A stretch of DNA of 64,000 nucleotides. It comes from Octopus sinensis. Lineage: Eukaryota. Location: the NCBI RefSeq assembly GCF_006345805.1, contig NW_021832125.1:1-64000 (forward strand), given 5' to 3'. The stretch's first letter is position 1, and each line of letters begins with the position of its first letter. The translations under genes were made by a program, and so were the position numbers. Under the pieces are notes generated by a model, which saw only the letters and a program-made list of their open reading frames with translations, made no database searches and was not told the origin of the DNA. Shown here in pieces: positions 61,901 to 64,000 of the stretch.

Positions 61901-64000
61901 GAGACAGTACCAGGGTGTTATCAATTGGAAATACTTGAAATTCAATGCGACAGTACACTTAAATCAAAATATTTTTCTGAAATGGATATTTTGAGCTTCT
62001 ACAAAAATTTTGTATGTGTCAGAAAATATCCGCAATTAACCGACAATGCTATGAAAATGGCTTGTATATTTGGAAGCACATTTTTATGTGAACAGTTATT
62101 CTCTAAAATGAATAATGTAAAAAATTGTCTGAGAACGAGGATTACCGATTCACATCTTAACGATATATTACGTTTAGCAACTAGTCAGATTAATGAGTAA
62201 AATAAATTCACTTCTTTATAATCATTTTTAACTGATAAATTTTTATTTCGTAAGAAAGTTGCAAAAAAAACTTGATACAGAAAGATCGCAATGTGCAAGT
62301 GTTGCCTTATTTTTGTGACCGATAAGGATTTTTTCTCGTTTGCCCCGGATCGCATACAAAAATAAAATTTTGGCCCGCGAAGACAAAAATCCTGCCGACC
62401 CCTGTTTTAGACAAATGTGTTTATTGTCAAGTATTGGCTATTTATTTATTAGCTAGTCCAAAAAATTGATGGCAACCAAGCCACCTATCACTCCAATCAT
62501 TGCCAGAGGTCCTAGAGACCGTTATATCGCAGATCTTATAGATCTCAGAAGATATTCAGAAATAAATCGATCAAACTCGTGGGTAAACTTAAATAATTAT
62601 TTATATGAAGGTTCTAGTGGTCATTGATTCGTTTACTAAGTATGCTGTTGTAGAATTAGCAAAGAATTAAAGTGCATTGGAAATTTCATCTCTACTTGAG
62701 AATATTTTTTACGTTATTGGAGAACCCGTCATTCTCCAAACTGATAACGGAAGGGAGTTTCGCAATTCTGAAATGGATAAGCTGTGTGAATTTTCTAAAA
62801 TAAAGCATATCTGTGGAAGACCTAGAGCACCTTGGGTACAAGGACAAGCTGAAAGGTTTATTTTAAAGCTATAATAAAAAGGTTCAACCAATCAATTAAA
62901 CGGTGGATATCCTCAACAAGTGCTTCATCTGGAAGTTTTGGAGTTTACTTCAACATTATAAAGAGGATCGTATATGATTACTAGGGCGATTTTTTTTTAA
63001 CCTGAAAAATAAAAATTTTAACCTAAAAACTTTAACTTTATTAACCTAAAAACTAAAAAAATTAACTCAATAATTTAACTTTGTAAATAAACAATAAAAA
63101 CACTAAAACTGTTTGTTGCACATACAAATTACATAATTTTCTAAATTTTCTTGTAGAAAATTTCGGTTGGATCTTAGAAAACTCTTTATTAGAGAGAAAG
63201 TTCTTTCAACCGAGCACGAGGTCGGCTGACAATTCAGAAGTAATGCATACTCGGCAGGAGATATTTGTGAATTAGTCATTCTAATTATGTTCGAAATATC
63301 GTTTGTTTTAAGCCTTTTAATTATGTATTCTTTCCAACGATTCTAAACAATAATATGCCTGTTCAATTGTGAAGCGCGTACTTTCAAATTTCGTAATAAT
63401 ATCTGCAATAGCGACATTTACTCGAAAACCTGGAATGTTTGAATAGCTTCGGATAAGGTCACATAGACTGCTCACTAATACATTGTTTCGAAGACTTTCT
63501 TTGGCTGTTCGAACTAGATATCCATCATCCGCGAATGACTCGAAAATATTTTGTACTCCGATCAGATTTTCTGAATAGTAAGTAGCGGCCTTAAGGCAAC
63601 TCCCCCATCTTGTCAAATGCACACGAGGTGGAATGGCGATGTTTCTGTCTTTAAATATTCGTTATGATTTGATTGACACAGCATCTAGCCTTCGATGGTG
63701 AGGGTACTCGCACAGAACCTCCGTAAAACAATTCTCTAAGCCATGGCATAGATAGTTTGTTTAGCGGAATATCGGATTTAATGAATGCTCTACGATATGC
63801 GAAGATCTGTTTATCGGATACGATACGTCTCGGACAATCTGGTCGGACCTTGAGGTATCAATGAAAAAGCATTTGACACCGTATCCAATACAAAACATCT
63901 CTTCGAATATACAAATTGAAAAACTTGATAAAATTCTCAGAGAAGCTATACTGGACTTTCTCCGAAAATCTTCAATCAGGAAATACATCATGTCAAATAC
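52941..64000 (+). repeat. Segmental duplication copy 3 (= 33692-46484 without the Tc1 and with a 116-bp deletion); runs off the window
   Basis: Same order of CRE, R4-like, IR/DR Tc1, Ginger, pogo, hAT and LINE; several ORFs that are frameshifted in copy 1 are intact here. Confidence 0.95.

Overview
Eukaryotic, AT-rich, transposon-saturated window from an animal with very small spliceosomal introns (23-35 nt). The beta-tubulin sequence and intron positions are metazoan; the intron sizes suggest a reduced parasite such as a dicyemid or myxozoan (inference). Two host genes are recognisable: a micro-intron-rich MMS22L-like gene (minus, 9993-13372) and a complete 4-exon beta-tubulin (plus, 22073-23490). 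Almost everything else is nested mobile DNA: Helitrons (one carrying a 29-unit 95-bp tandem array), CRE-like and R4/NeSL-like RLE retrotransposons, RTE and Jockey/CR1-like LINEs, Ginger-like integrase transposons, Tc1, pogo/Tigger and hAT. The most striking element is a ~1.7-kb endogenous fragment of a rhabdovirus-like L (polymerase) gene, running from the capping/PRNTase domain through the connector into the methyltransferase (27353-~29060). It is joined in the same orientation to the 3' end of an RLE retrotransposon, which suggests a template-switch route of integration. Many DNA-transposon ORFs carry their own 23-28-nt introns. From 33021 onward a ~13-15-kb block of TE debris is repeated (one full copy and two partial copies) with microhomology or templated junctions; only copy 1 carries a Tc1 insertion. 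Protein similarities were judged by eye against recalled family motifs; no database search was run.
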